Below are positions 1 through 10,504 of a stretch of 64,000 nt of DNA, one piece after another. How positions within the stretch are numbered: the first letter of the stretch is position 1; each line of letters starts with the position of its first letter. The notes below the pieces were generated by a model. It worked only from the letters and a program-made list of their open reading frames with translations. It searched no databases and was not told the DNA's origin. Both the position numbers and the translations under genes were made by a program. The stretch covers positions 186,001 through 250,000 of IMG/VR virus record IMGVR_UViG_3300029267_004162. One strand, 5' to 3'.

Positions 1-93
1 AGAACCGGTGAAACGCTCTAAAAAGATCCTAATTCTGATTTCTTAATCTGGACAACCGCGTATCAAGTTCAGCAATTTCGCTTTAACAGGCGG

Positions 94-522
94 TTATTCC
101 AAAGTGGTAGGCCGATAAGAAGGATTACTAGAATAAGGCAATCGCGAAGGAACCGTGTGGAGTAGAGTTAAGGAAAAGAAAGGGTCCTTTTCCAAATCAG
201 TATACTCATATACGTTGATACCGATTTGCCAAGCAACCAATACCTCAGTATTAGCGCCGGTTGACTCCCGCCAATTAGGAAGGATAATCACACACCCGCT
301 CTGTCCATGACCCTCCGATTTGTTTAAATTCAAAACATGTTGTACATCTCGAAGCATGCATTCTCGTCTACCCCCTCCCAGAGCCTTGGTCATTTCAGCG
401 GGGCACACAACTTTAAACCGGTTTTTACGCAGGATTTCCCTAACCCTTTTGAATTCAGGGAAATTGGCCTCGGGTAGTCCAGACATAGGACCAGCTAAAT
501 ACACTCTTTTTTCGGGAACCAT
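94..522 (-). CDS. DUF4406 / nucleoside deoxyribosyltransferase-like protein
   Basis: N-terminal VYLAGPMSGLPEANFPEF and W.ESTGANTE motifs typical of DUF4406. Confidence 0.7.
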   Translation of the reverse strand: MVPEKRVYLAGPMSGLPEANFPEFKRVREILRKNRFKVVCPAEMTKALGGGRRECMLRDVQHVLNLNKSEGHGQSGCVIILPNWRESTGANTEVLVAWQIGINVYEYTDLEKDPFFSLTLLHTVPSRLPYSSNPSYRPTTLE

Positions 523-1247
523 TACACTTGCCTCATTTTGTTACCAACCGTTATAGCGTTATCAAACCCCTCTGATTCTGCATCAGCGAAATCGGATTGA
601 TATGCCCTTTCTTTAATAACCCCCGTCCAGTGCTCTCTGCTAAACCCTCTGGCGTTTTCCATTCGACGATCGATTAGTTCTTCGGGACTCGAAGCAGTGG
701 CGAATAAAACCAGTGTAGTTCGGGCGTGTAGTTGTTGAGCGAGTTCCCGAAAACGAACTCGCGTACTCCTGAGGTGACACACTTTATCAACAATCACGTC
801 TCGACCATTTAAGAGGGCGTTTTTAATGCAGTCCCATTCTATGGCCTTGTACAAAGGTTGGAATTTTCGCTGGTAATCAGTGTACACCCCACCGTGCAAC
901 ATTGCAGTAATACAATCAATATCAATAACGACTGTATCTGGGTGGTCTTTCAGGTGTTCTTTTGCCCACTTGGTTTTCCCCACACCCGGTAGACCACACA
1001 AGACATGCAAAGTAGGTGGGTGTTCTTTTTCTGTGTGCACCTCTGTTGCCCTCTTAAGTTGAACTAAGGCTTGGTCTAAAACTGTGGCACGCTTTTGTTG
1101 ATCTTTATTCGCTTGAACACAAGAAGGTCCAGTGGTATTCCATCTGACATCACAACTACGGCGATAGGCCTCCAGTATCCGAACCGGGTACTCTTCATCT
1201 GGAGTAACATCTATAGTCATTGGAAAACTGATTTCAGGATTCATCAA
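522..1247 (-). CDS. P-loop kinase (AAA_33, polynucleotide kinase-like) with N-terminal extension
   Basis: LCGLPGVGKTKWA Walker A, VIVD..C....R motif, RR lid. Confidence 0.7.
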   Translation of the reverse strand: MMNPEISFPMTIDVTPDEEYPVRILEAYRRSCDVRWNTTGPSCVQANKDQQKRATVLDQALVQLKRATEVHTEKEHPPTLHVLCGLPGVGKTKWAKEHLKDHPDTVVIDIDCITAMLHGGVYTDYQRKFQPLYKAIEWDCIKNALLNGRDVIVDKVCHLRSTRVRFRELAQQLHARTTLVLFATASSPEELIDRRMENARGFSREHWTGVIKERAYQSDFADAESEGFDNAITVGNKMRQV

Positions 1248-1818
1248 CTGCCTCCTCGGTTAATTCTGGCACCCATTTACGCAACCACGCCTCGGTAAAG
1301 GGGGCCAAATCTGAACCAGATAAAAGATCCCGATTAGTATAGACAGTATCGAACTCGATTATTGGTTTACTCAGTACCCTATCGATGTTCTGCTCGATCC
1401 AGGCCCACAACTCCACACGGTCTTTAGTAAGAACCTCTTGAAAACCATGAAAGTATACAGCTGTACGAACGTCTTCAATAGCTAGTGATAGGAAACATTC
1501 CTTTACTTCGATAGTAAAAACCCAACGATTTGACCAGCCCCACCAACGATTTGGTAGCCACAGGTAGACATCCCACCACCCAAATTTGTCTCGTGGTTTG
1601 TATTGCACACTGAAGAGAGGAAAGCTGGCTTTTCCTGCTCGATGACACCGACAAAGACGACGCAACCTCTGAGCCGTTAGTTTATGCCATTGTCGAGCGT
1701 GCTTGGCATCACGAAATCGAATTTTAGAATCTCGGTATTCATCCGCTGGAGTTCGCGAACAAACTCGATCCATTTGTTCTAAAACACTCCGCGTTTTATT
1801 CATATTATCTCCACCCAC
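1234..1818 (-). CDS. hypothetical protein
   Basis: 194-aa ORF packed with overlaps in a minus-strand operon. Confidence 0.55.
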   Translation of the reverse strand: MGGDNMNKTRSVLEQMDRVCSRTPADEYRDSKIRFRDAKHARQWHKLTAQRLRRLCRCHRAGKASFPLFSVQYKPRDKFGWWDVYLWLPNRWWGWSNRWVFTIEVKECFLSLAIEDVRTAVYFHGFQEVLTKDRVELWAWIEQNIDRVLSKPIIEFDTVYTNRDLLSGSDLAPFTEAWLRKWVPELTEEAVDES

Positions 1819-2623
1819 ACCGAGGACACTCGTGTTGAATTAGCCCTTCTCGCAGCCGTGACAATGTTCTACGTTTCTCAGGAACAGTGAACTGCTGAAT
1901 AGTTTGAACTCTAATGTTCCCTCGTTTAACGTAGTTCTCACTGATTTCGAGACCCACACCCCTCCGACCCACCAATTCACAAACAGCCAAAGTGGTGGCC
2001 GATCCAGAAAAAGGGTCAATGACCAAATTTTTGGGTTTAGTCAATGACACCACGAGCCGATAAACCAGTTTCATTGGTTGTTGACATTTGTGCCACCCCT
2101 CACGTTCTTTAAACGTCCCGCAAACTTGACTAATTTGCCAGACGTTTTGTGGAATCTTTCCTTTGGGACTGGCTCGTTTATCTTGGTATTTTATCATTCG
2201 ATCACTGGGAACCCGGATGTGGTCCCAGTTAGGCGTAGTTTCTCGTGATAGATTGAAGAGCAATACCGCCGTCCACCCCCGACTGAGCCGTTTATTTGAT
2301 TGGCTTTGATTTCCGAATGTGCGATACCAAGCAACAGTATCATGATAGATGAACCCCCGCTTGTATGCTATGTCCTGGTACAAGTACACCAATTCAGGAG
2401 CGCAACAAATCACCAACCAACCCGACACCTTCAAATGTAAGAATGCTTGATCCACCCATTTTTCAGCGAATTCTCGATAATCAGCTTCCAACATCTTATC
2501 GTCGTGTTGATCATAATCGACCCCAATATTGAACGGGGGATCTGCGTATACCAATGAAGCGGCTTTCTCTTTTAGAAGAGGCCACGGCTGTTGGGAATCA
2601 TGCAAAAGCGTTTTAGTTAGCAT
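1805..2623 (-). CDS. N4-C/N6-A DNA methyltransferase (beta class)
   Basis: DPPF catalytic motif followed by HKCQQP and DPFSGSATT SAM-binding motif. Confidence 0.9.
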   Translation of the reverse strand: MLTKTLLHDSQQPWPLLKEKAASLVYADPPFNIGVDYDQHDDKMLEADYREFAEKWVDQAFLHLKVSGWLVICCAPELVYLYQDIAYKRGFIYHDTVAWYRTFGNQSQSNKRLSRGWTAVLLFNLSRETTPNWDHIRVPSDRMIKYQDKRASPKGKIPQNVWQISQVCGTFKEREGWHKCQQPMKLVYRLVVSLTKPKNLVIDPFSGSATTLAVCELVGRRGVGLEISENYVKRGNIRVQTIQQFTVPEKRRTLSRLREGLIQHECPRCGWR

Positions 2624-2939
2624 CCTGGTGAGAACCTTCTAGTTTGGTCGTGATCAGGTCAAACAAATAACAGCAGGAAGCCCCCAAAGCTGCATCACAA
2701 AATGGGTTTACTATTACTAACGATCCACCCCCCAGCCAACTAACCCCAGACACCAGAAAACTGGCTACTGTTCCTGTACACATGGCACAAACCAGTTGAT
2801 CCCGAAAAAAACGAATACGCTTTCTTAGGTACACTCGGATAACCCGAATAACACATATCTTAGAGTACATCGCCACAAAAGTAAGCCAGTACGAGACCAG
2901 AGCAAAAACCAGTATTCGACTAGGGTCAAAAACCATCAC
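2613..2939 (-). CDS. small membrane protein, DUF1360-like
   Basis: hydrophobic helices and LVCAMCTG (CxxCxG) motif. Confidence 0.5.
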   Translation of the reverse strand: MMVFDPSRILVFALVSYWLTFVAMYSKICVIRVIRVYLRKRIRFFRDQLVCAMCTGTVASFLVSGVSWLGGGSLVIVNPFCDAALGASCCYLFDLITTKLEGSHQDAN

Positions 2940-3733
2940 AAGACCTTGGTTAGCTGGGTTTTCAATTTGTGAAGCGTTTTATTACGAATCTGACGAACCC
3001 GCTCTTTGGAAATCCCCAAATCTTTCCCAATAGTATCCAAAGTAGGCGGCTTTACGTCGTAAGTGTAGGACTGTCTCAAAATAAACAACTCACGTAAAGA
3101 GAGACCGTTGGCGGGGTCGTCAAGAATCTGCCGTATCCGATCAATAGCCCATTCCAAACTTGGGGTGGGCGGCGGTGTTACTAAGGTAGTTGGGAGTATA
3201 GCATCTTCCGTATTCAAAGAATAGCACAGGGGGCGGTGAACTTTCTGACGAGCTAGAATCCGAAGGATGTCCGTATAAATAGCCTTAAAGGCATAAGAAG
3301 AAAACCGGAAACCTCGGTAGGGGTTAAACCCCCAAAGACATTTTAGTAAAGTGAGCGTCCCATCACCAACAAGATCATCTCTCTGCTCGTGATGCCCCCA
3401 AATTTTCCTTCGCACAGTGGCAAAAACTAGCCCTATATTGATCTCACAAAGGGATGCTCGCAGAGCCATAAAGCGTTCGATCAAAACAGATAATCTCGAC
3501 AGCTCCACACCAGTGATTTCTTCTGAGCCCACCTCTTTTATCAATCGACAAATCTGTACTCGCACCCCATGAAACTCGTGAAACTCGTCTCGCTGGTCTA
3601 TGTCGGCAATTTCTTCTGCTTTCCCCTCGAATCCAAAGAAACATTTTTTCCTTAGAACCTCAGATTCTACAGTCTCGCCATGAAGATAACAAGGTAAAGT
3701 GAACGAGGGAACAATTTGGACTTTCTTTGACAT
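2936..3733 (-). CDS. sigma-70 family RNA polymerase sigma factor
   Basis: region 2 (NIGLV...FNPYRGFRFSSYA) and region 4 HTH (TLDTIGKDLGISKERVRQI). Confidence 0.9.
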   Translation of the reverse strand: MSKKVQIVPSFTLPCYLHGETVESEVLRKKCFFGFEGKAEEIADIDQRDEFHEFHGVRVQICRLIKEVGSEEITGVELSRLSVLIERFMALRASLCEINIGLVFATVRRKIWGHHEQRDDLVGDGTLTLLKCLWGFNPYRGFRFSSYAFKAIYTDILRILARQKVHRPLCYSLNTEDAILPTTLVTPPPTPSLEWAIDRIRQILDDPANGLSLRELFILRQSYTYDVKPPTLDTIGKDLGISKERVRQIRNKTLHKLKTQLTKVL

Positions 3734-3738
3734 ATAGG

Positions 3739-4851
3739 TTATTTCGACAATGTTTGGATAAACTTAGACTCGACCTGAGTTTTTACAAGTCCCCAGAACT
3801 GGGCTTTGTCAGATTCACCAAAACCGCTGACATCAAAAATGTTGAAAGGAACCGCAGCCCCGCCCACCCGATTTTTCGCTTTAGTTCCTCCAAACTCCTT
3901 ACCGAAGACACCATCAATTACCAGTCTAGCATCACGTGTGCTCTGTTGTCTAATGCGAACAGAAGCCATTAGAGCATTTTCCACTAAGCCGTAGACTACA
4001 ACCAAACCAACCCCTTCAACTTGCAGGAATTCTTCAGCCAGAAGAGACAGGCAAGCTTTGTGGTCGGGGTTGATAAAACCAATACCGGTTATGAAATTGG
4101 GGGCGTGAGGCTCAAGCCGGTTTTTCCACCCCTGCATCAAGTAATCCATTACATACGAAGGGATTTGGTAATTTACGATCTGGTCTAAATCATCTTCGCT
4201 AGCGTATTGACTAGCGAATTGGTATGCACGAAAATCCCCTGGAGTCACGTTATCAGATCGAAAATCCCTAGTATCTGTTTTAATCGCCACAGCCAACGCA
4301 GTAGCAAGATCTTGTGTTTCCCCAGACAAGAAGTCATGATCCCCTTCACGCAGATAAGCAACTATCTGGTGTCCCAAATTACAAATCAAAGTAGAGGTGG
4401 CTCCTACCATATCTACGATGTAAAGACAGTCCTCTGCATGTTTTTGATCGGTGCGGTGGTGATCAATTACCAACTTCGGTGCAGGAATCGAACCTAAGCA
4501 AGAAATATTGGAACTACCTGGACTACAATCCAACAGTACAATAACTGAGTCGTTCCAATCACACTCTTGAAGTGATTTAGAACTTAGTTGATTCAACGAA
4601 ATATCCAGAACCGATTTCATAGCCATATTTCGATGATCCCCGATCGGACCAAAGTGACAACCTACTATCGACTCTACGCCCAGCATCTTAAGAAGGAATT
4701 CCAGACCCATAATCGAGGCCATAGAATCCGGATCAGGGGCGTCATGACTGAATAGAAACCACTTCTTGGTCTTATTCGCTTCTACTAAAGCCAAAAACCC
4801 CTCAAATTGGGCTTCAACTACTGGGTTGGGTTTCCAGGACGCGATATCCAC
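3739..4851 (-). CDS. DHH/DHHA1 family phosphoesterase
   Basis: HDAPDPDS, LLDC, IDHH, TDT motifs and C-terminal GG..GGA. Confidence 0.85.
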   Translation of the reverse strand: MDIASWKPNPVVEAQFEGFLALVEANKTKKWFLFSHDAPDPDSMASIMGLEFLLKMLGVESIVGCHFGPIGDHRNMAMKSVLDISLNQLSSKSLQECDWNDSVIVLLDCSPGSSNISCLGSIPAPKLVIDHHRTDQKHAEDCLYIVDMVGATSTLICNLGHQIVAYLREGDHDFLSGETQDLATALAVAIKTDTRDFRSDNVTPGDFRAYQFASQYASEDDLDQIVNYQIPSYVMDYLMQGWKNRLEPHAPNFITGIGFINPDHKACLSLLAEEFLQVEGVGLVVVYGLVENALMASVRIRQQSTRDARLVIDGVFGKEFGGTKAKNRVGGAAVPFNIFDVSGFGESDKAQFWGLVKTQVESKFIQTLSK

Positions 4852-4963
4852 ATTCTTCTCCAGCTAGTGACCCATTTCTTCTCGGACAATCCCATCCGCA
4901 ACCGCCGCAAGCGTACGTGTTCCGTAGAAGCTAACGACGAAACGACTCAACCTACACATCTAG

Positions 4964-5566
4964 CTACCGTGGCCGCTTGGGTCGCGCAAAATGCGGTCTG
5001 CTCACGCAAGTCTCCGTGGGCAAATCGCTAGCTAGTAGCTGCTGAAATTCTTGACACCACTTGCGATGCACTGCTGCTAGACTGGGGTTTGGCAAAGCAT
5101 CACGCGCACGCTTAGCTTCTTTCACTGCTTCGACCGCTCTGGCAGCAGCTTTCTTTGCTTTTGCTCTGTCAGGATCAGCTATTCGCTTACACACCCACTC
5201 GCATGAAACCCTCTTCGCCCCAGCTGCGTCATACGCATACTGAGCCTGCTGATATACTCGGTTTTCGTCAATAGCCCGGTATAGCTCATTACAAGCCTCT
5301 TCAAAAGCAGTCCACGAAGGGGCGTCTTTCCAAGCCTCGGCTAGAACAGCCGCTGAAACATCTAGATGTGGTTTATCTAGTGCCGCAAACTCAGCCGCAG
5401 AAACCTCCGCTGCTCTAACGTTCTCATCCGTGGGTCTTTGCCTGGCTACTTCCGCGGCACTCTTAGCTGCAATATTGCACGTCGCCCAGTACTCTGCGGC
5501 TGTATTCTCGTACAACAACGCGTCCAATAGCTTTTTTATCCGACTAAAGAACATCGTTTCCTCCAA
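4964..5566 (-). CDS. hypothetical Ala-rich helical protein
   Basis: 200-aa ORF; GGAGG precedes the internal ATG. Confidence 0.5.
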   Translation of the reverse strand: MEETMFFSRIKKLLDALLYENTAAEYWATCNIAAKSAAEVARQRPTDENVRAAEVSAAEFAALDKPHLDVSAAVLAEAWKDAPSWTAFEEACNELYRAIDENRVYQQAQYAYDAAGAKRVSCEWVCKRIADPDRAKAKKAAARAVEAVKEAKRARDALPNPSLAAVHRKWCQEFQQLLASDLPTETCVSRPHFARPKRPR

Positions 5567-5985
5567 TTGTTGAATTCCACCGCTGTAACGCGTTACATTA
5601 CCCCAGCTTACAAGCTAAACCCTACCGCGATGCTTCAAGTTCCCGACTATTGAGCCTGCAATAGATCGTTGACAACCTGACTTAACTCCTTGACCCGGTT
5701 GTTCAATAGAATTACCGCTACTATCGTCACGCCCAAGGCAAATCCCCAAAACCAAGTTACCCCAACTTGCGGCGATACACATTTTAGTTTCATCATTTAC
5801 CTCTTATTGCGACTGCGCTAAATGATAGCCACGAGACGTTTTATACCGGCATTGTGCATCACAAGGGTAAGCGGTATCCGTTTTCAACGACACAGCGGCT
5901 GCTCGCCTACCGAGGGCATTCCACCTTCTGGGGGCGTTCCACCCGACACTCACGTTCACCACACGTGTTTGCCTGCCCCGATTCT

Positions 5986-6294
5986 TCATCGCCTTTTCAC
6001 CTGTTCACTACAAAATGTTTCAAAACACTTGATCGCTTCGAGTACATCAAATTTCTCACCGAAAAGGTACTTATCCAAGAGTGCTGTTCGCTGTTCATCT
6101 ATAGCCTTACCAAAATTGGCTGCCGCCTCCTGGACAAGGATATCTACGTGATGGACCGCATGTACTCTATGAAGTGCCAACTCCAATTTTTCTTCTGCGG
6201 CCTTTATGATCTCTACCAGACGTTTCTGCAAATATTCCCACTTCGCAACGTCCATCTGCGATTGCGGCTCTTCATCCATTAGCCATCTCCTCAA
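5986..6294 (-). CDS. hypothetical protein
   Basis: helical 102-aa ORF; GAGGAG before internal ATG. Confidence 0.55.
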   Translation of the reverse strand: MRRWLMDEEPQSQMDVAKWEYLQKRLVEIIKAAEEKLELALHRVHAVHHVDILVQEAAANFGKAIDEQRTALLDKYLFGEKFDVLEAIKCFETFCSEQVKRR

Positions 6295-6319
6295 GTCACC
6301 GGTTCTATCTTAGGCGCAA

Positions 6320-7033
6320 TCATACGCCTCGTTTGTTGTCCCACAGTAGCACGTGAGTGCGAAAACTGACCTTGAAACCAAATTCGATGGCGGCCTGAAT
6401 TAACCAATCTGCTTCTTTCCTAATCTTACTCGCGGTGGTCCCCAAAGGCATCAACCAAACATCGTCAAAGGATAGATTCAATTTTTTAAGCCAAATTTCC
6501 AGTGCTTGAACTTCATCACGATTTCGTACTGGAGCTTTGATGGTGTAGTTTCGTGCCCACACAAAATCTTCTCTCATGTAGTCTTGTTTGACCCACTCGA
6601 ATTTGGGACTAAAAACCATTCGCAAAACAGGGGTAACCCCCGATTCTTGGTGTTCCCAATTAGGGCCAGTTCTAGGGAGTCGGGTCGTCCACACCTCAAG
6701 ATATTCACCAGCAGACCCATTCTTAGGACCAATAGTCCCATTCGTCTCAATCTCAAAACGATGGCCCAACGGAGCACAAAGAGCAATTACTCTCTGTATA
6801 GTCTCTTGGTAAAGCATAGGTTCCCCACCGGTAAACACACAAAGCTGTGGCCCCTGGATTACTTTACGAGCCAATTCCTCTGCAGTAATCTGGACTCCTC
6901 CATCCTTTTTCTGGGCGTAAGGTGTGTCACACCATGCGCATTTGAGATTACACCCAGCAAAACGGATAAAAGTAGCGGGATGCCCAGTCGAAGGACCTTC
7001 TCCCTGGATAGACACGAAATGCTCATTCAACAT
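6320..7033 (-). CDS. queE: 7-carboxy-7-deazaguanine synthase (radical SAM)
   Basis: EHFVSIQGEG...FIRFAGCNLKCAWCDT, FTGGEP, IETNG, SPK, HVLLW; ATG at 7033 preferred over the track start. Confidence 0.92.
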   Translation of the reverse strand: MLNEHFVSIQGEGPSTGHPATFIRFAGCNLKCAWCDTPYAQKKDGGVQITAEELARKVIQGPQLCVFTGGEPMLYQETIQRVIALCAPLGHRFEIETNGTIGPKNGSAGEYLEVWTTRLPRTGPNWEHQESGVTPVLRMVFSPKFEWVKQDYMREDFVWARNYTIKAPVRNRDEVQALEIWLKKLNLSFDDVWLMPLGTTASKIRKEADWLIQAAIEFGFKVSFRTHVLLWDNKRGV

Positions 7034-7475
7034 GAGTATCAGCCTCTGTATACCAGACGAAACTATAGGAAGTCCATTCTCGTGGTCCTGTTGTTCCCAC
7101 CACTTCAAACCCCTGCCCCTGGTAGAAATCTAACAGCCCATACTCCTCAAAAGAATCCACGGTTAACCGAGCACAGTCTAATTGCACGGCCCGCTGTTTG
7201 GCAAATTCAACTAAACAGGCACCCCGACCTTCACCCCTGGGGGATACAGCCAAAGTCAAAATGTGCAATTCGTCATCTGGTTTATGTTTGAGACACAGAG
7301 CCCCAGTAACTTGGTTGTCCTGATCGTCCCCAAGAAGGAGCCAAAAATCACCTTGTTCAATTTGACGGCTAATCCAATCTTCCCGGTCCCAACAAAAACC
7401 CGGCATATCAAGATGAAATTGTTCATTCAGACACGCGATGATCGAAAGATGTTGCACACCCGCTTGGACTATCAT
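7023..7475 (-). CDS. GNAT family N-acetyltransferase
   Basis: LAVSPRGEGRGACLV acetyl-CoA motif, FYQGQGF; ATG 7475 overlaps the upstream stop (ATGA). Confidence 0.8.
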   Translation of the reverse strand: MIVQAGVQHLSIIACLNEQFHLDMPGFCWDREDWISRQIEQGDFWLLLGDDQDNQVTGALCLKHKPDDELHILTLAVSPRGEGRGACLVEFAKQRAVQLDCARLTVDSFEEYGLLDFYQGQGFEVVGTTGPREWTSYSFVWYTEADTHVE

Positions 7476-7657
7476 GGTAACATCCATTGTAATGTGATGA
7501 AAGTCGCAACCGCCATTCCCCACAGCCAAAATAAACCAGCACTGATCCTGGGTTGGAATCGGTTTCTAGTCATCTTAACTGTGATACTGTATCCAACTCC
7601 CGCTGTTATCGTCAAACACAACCACTTGATAAACAGGATAAGCAGATTTGTTATCAT
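7472..7657 (-). CDS. small two-helix membrane protein
   Basis: two hydrophobic segments, ATGA-coupled on both sides. Confidence 0.55.
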   Translation of the reverse strand: MITNLLILFIKWLCLTITAGVGYSITVKMTRNRFQPRISAGLFWLWGMAVATFITLQWMLP

Positions 7658-7920
7658 CGTGTCTTCCTGGAATTTTTCTGGTATTTCCCTAAATCAAGCT
7701 CCACCAAAGCCTTCTTCACCGCTTTAGCGGTGGGTTTAGTAGAATATCGTGTGTCCAGTGAGTGAGCCGCCAAATGGCCTTCTCGTTCTGCCTTCAAATA
7801 GACAGCGGTCTGTTTCCATTTGCTAACCGTCTTCCTTTGCCAGATCACAGCGATAGTGGTGATGATACCATAAACCCCTAGGACAATTTCTTTTATCTGA
7901 TCAATTACGTCCACTAACAA
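7654..7920 (-). CDS. small protein with N-terminal TM helix and basic tail
   Basis: AGGAG RBS before TTG start. Confidence 0.55.
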   Translation of the reverse strand: MLVDVIDQIKEIVLGVYGIITTIAVIWQRKTVSKWKQTAVYLKAEREGHLAAHSLDTRYSTKPTAKAVKKALVELDLGKYQKNSRKTR

Positions 7921-7929
7921 GTGAATCTC

Positions 7930-10422
7930 CTAGCAAGCAGAGTATGAACAAGCATAACACTTAACGCATTTGCCTTCACTTACAACCAAACGATTACCAC
8001 ATTCTGGGCACCGAAGTTCAAACGCGTCATCGGCTTGGTTACTACCACCAAACTGCCCAGCCGTTTCTAATTTGTCTAATTCATCAGCCGACAAAGTAGA
8101 TTCACCCAACAACAGAGCCTTTACACCGAATTTTTCTTTAGCAATAGCATATCTGCTTAGAGCCTTGGCTAGTGCATCCGCTAGTGACCCAATTTTGCCA
8201 TCTTTAGATGGAAGTTGCAAGGTACTACTAATTCCACTTAACTGACGGATAATGTACTTAAGAGAACCCCCGGATCGCAGATACAGACTACTCAACCGGC
8301 AAATGGCTTCCAAATCAGCGGCTGCGATTTCTCCACCTTTCCCCAATTGAGCAAAAACTTCTAACTCCCGGTCTTGTTGGGGGTCAATTGAGACGTGAAT
8401 ATGCAGGTTCCCGAATGGAGAAGTCTGTCTGAGTTTAATAGAAGCAGTGAATCGAGGAGTGGGATCCGGATCAATTTGTCTGGATTTGCTTAAATCTTCC
8501 ACCCTGTTTCCCATAGACATGGGTTGACTGGACCGTGATCCATCGCGATAAATCGTAATTCCTTTGCACCCCAAATCATAGGCTAATTGGTACGCCCGGT
8601 CAACTGCACCAGGCTCACAATCCTTATCCAAATTCGCAGTCTTTGAAACTGCGTTATCGGTGAACTTTTGTACAGCCGCTTGCATCATTACGTGCTGATC
8701 AGCGGTGATATCAGCAGTAGTTAAAAACACGTCTTTGATTTGCTGCGGGATTGATTCCACGTCCCGGAGAGACTGATTTTTAGAAACCTCTATCAACACT
8801 TCATCAGTTAACAACCCCTCTTGCCTCAATACTTCTTGGAAAACTGGGTTGATTTCCAACAAGGGTTTGCTGTCCTCCCGTTCCTTCATAATATTACGAT
8901 CGAACACCAAAGCAAACAAGGGTTCTACTCCCCCGCTACACCCAGCCAGTATAGAAATAGTCCCAGTAGGAGCGACAGTCGTGATACGAATGTTTCTACG
9001 CCGGGGCGCCCCTTCATCTTTGTATTCATTATAAGCCCCATAGTACCCCCGGTTCTCACCCAACCACTCCGAAGCTTCGTGAGAAGTCTCTTGGATAAAT
9101 TGCATGATCTTTTCGGCCAGATCAAAACTCTCTCCCGAACCATATTTAATTCGTAATTTATAAAAGAGATCAGCCAAGCCCATAATACCTAACCCAATGT
9201 CCCGAGTCACAGCGGTTACTTTGGCTATTTCTGGAGTTGCCCAAGAACTAGTTGAAACCACGTTATCCAGGAATCGAGTAGCGTCGAGGGTGCATTGGTG
9301 TAAGGCGTCCCAGTCAATTTGGGGGATTCCATTCGCATCTTCGAATACAAAGGCAGACACGTTAATCGAACCTAAGACGCATGCGCCGTTCGGGGGGAGC
9401 GGCGTCTCGCCACACGGGTTCGTGGCTTCAATTTCGATGGGCAGTGGGAAATCATTGTTCACGCGGTCGATAAAGCATAGCCCCGGTTCCCCGGTTTGCC
9501 AAGCGTTCTGTACAATGATTTCCCATATATCGGCTACAGTTATGACTTGTTCTTGAGGAGTACCATCCTCAACTGGGAACAAATCATCAAGCGAATAACA
9601 CGAATTGATAAGTTTATAATCGTGTATTCCATTGGCCGACACCTCCGCCGCCTTGCGACAAACATCGATCAAACGGTGAGGCAAGTAGTATTCTGCGTGG
9701 TTTCGCGGGTTAACCACCCGTAAAGGATTTTCTGGTTTCTTCCGAAGTTCATACATGAACCACTCCGGAATCTTCACAGAAATATTGTATGAATTAAATA
9801 GGGCGAGGTCTTGTTTAGCAAACAGGAATTTCAGTATGTCCACGGCAAAGACATTCATCATTCCCATGTTGGCCCCCCGACGCTTACCACCCTGGGAAAT
9901 GGCGTCTGTTACAGCATTTAACACCCCCCAGAATAAGATGGGTCCGCCTGCCCGGCCCCCGGTGCTAGAAACGATGTCCCCGGTTGGGCGGAGACGATCC
10001 AGGGGGATGCCCGTCCCGCCGCCCCCCGCTTGAATGTCACAAATATCCTTGGCACATTTCATGATGGACTCGCGGTCATCATCGAGAGCCAAAACAAAAC
10101 AGGCGGACAACCCCAACTTCCCGTTTCTTCCCGCGTTCATCAGACACGGAGTGTTGGGAAGAAATTTCCCAGTAGCCATTAAATCATGGAAATTGGCGTA
10201 TAACTCAGTTAAATCCCGTTTTCGTGATATCCATCCCTGTTTAGCCTCTGTTGAAGCTATCGCCCACGCTACTCGGCGATAGACATCTTCAGGTTCTTCT
10301 GTCGTCTTGCCCTCGGCATCTCGCGCTACATAGCGAGTTTCCAGCACCTTTTTGGCGTTAGGAGTTATCTGAGGCGCGGTTAATTCGACATTTGCTGGGG
10401 GTGCAACCGGTATATTTTTCAA
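7930..10422 (-). CDS. nrdJ: class II adenosylcobalamin-dependent ribonucleotide reductase with C-terminal TSCPD/Zn-ribbon
   Basis: FLPNTPCLMNAG, LSACFV, RRGANMG, TNPCGE, APTGTIS, SKTAN, YRDGSR, terminal CPECG...CYACSYSAC. Confidence 0.95.
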   Translation of the reverse strand: MKNIPVAPPANVELTAPQITPNAKKVLETRYVARDAEGKTTEEPEDVYRRVAWAIASTEAKQGWISRKRDLTELYANFHDLMATGKFLPNTPCLMNAGRNGKLGLSACFVLALDDDRESIMKCAKDICDIQAGGGGTGIPLDRLRPTGDIVSSTGGRAGGPILFWGVLNAVTDAISQGGKRRGANMGMMNVFAVDILKFLFAKQDLALFNSYNISVKIPEWFMYELRKKPENPLRVVNPRNHAEYYLPHRLIDVCRKAAEVSANGIHDYKLINSCYSLDDLFPVEDGTPQEQVITVADIWEIIVQNAWQTGEPGLCFIDRVNNDFPLPIEIEATNPCGETPLPPNGACVLGSINVSAFVFEDANGIPQIDWDALHQCTLDATRFLDNVVSTSSWATPEIAKVTAVTRDIGLGIMGLADLFYKLRIKYGSGESFDLAEKIMQFIQETSHEASEWLGENRGYYGAYNEYKDEGAPRRRNIRITTVAPTGTISILAGCSGGVEPLFALVFDRNIMKEREDSKPLLEINPVFQEVLRQEGLLTDEVLIEVSKNQSLRDVESIPQQIKDVFLTTADITADQHVMMQAAVQKFTDNAVSKTANLDKDCEPGAVDRAYQLAYDLGCKGITIYRDGSRSSQPMSMGNRVEDLSKSRQIDPDPTPRFTASIKLRQTSPFGNLHIHVSIDPQQDRELEVFAQLGKGGEIAAADLEAICRLSSLYLRSGGSLKYIIRQLSGISSTLQLPSKDGKIGSLADALAKALSRYAIAKEKFGVKALLLGESTLSADELDKLETAGQFGGSNQADDAFELRCPECGNRLVVSEGKCVKCYACSYSAC

Positions 10423-10504
10423 AGGAACACTCTATTAAAGGTTATTGTTTATGTGGTATGATTTATAACGAACCAATACTTCTAAGTTCATTCATTGCAA
10501 CTTC

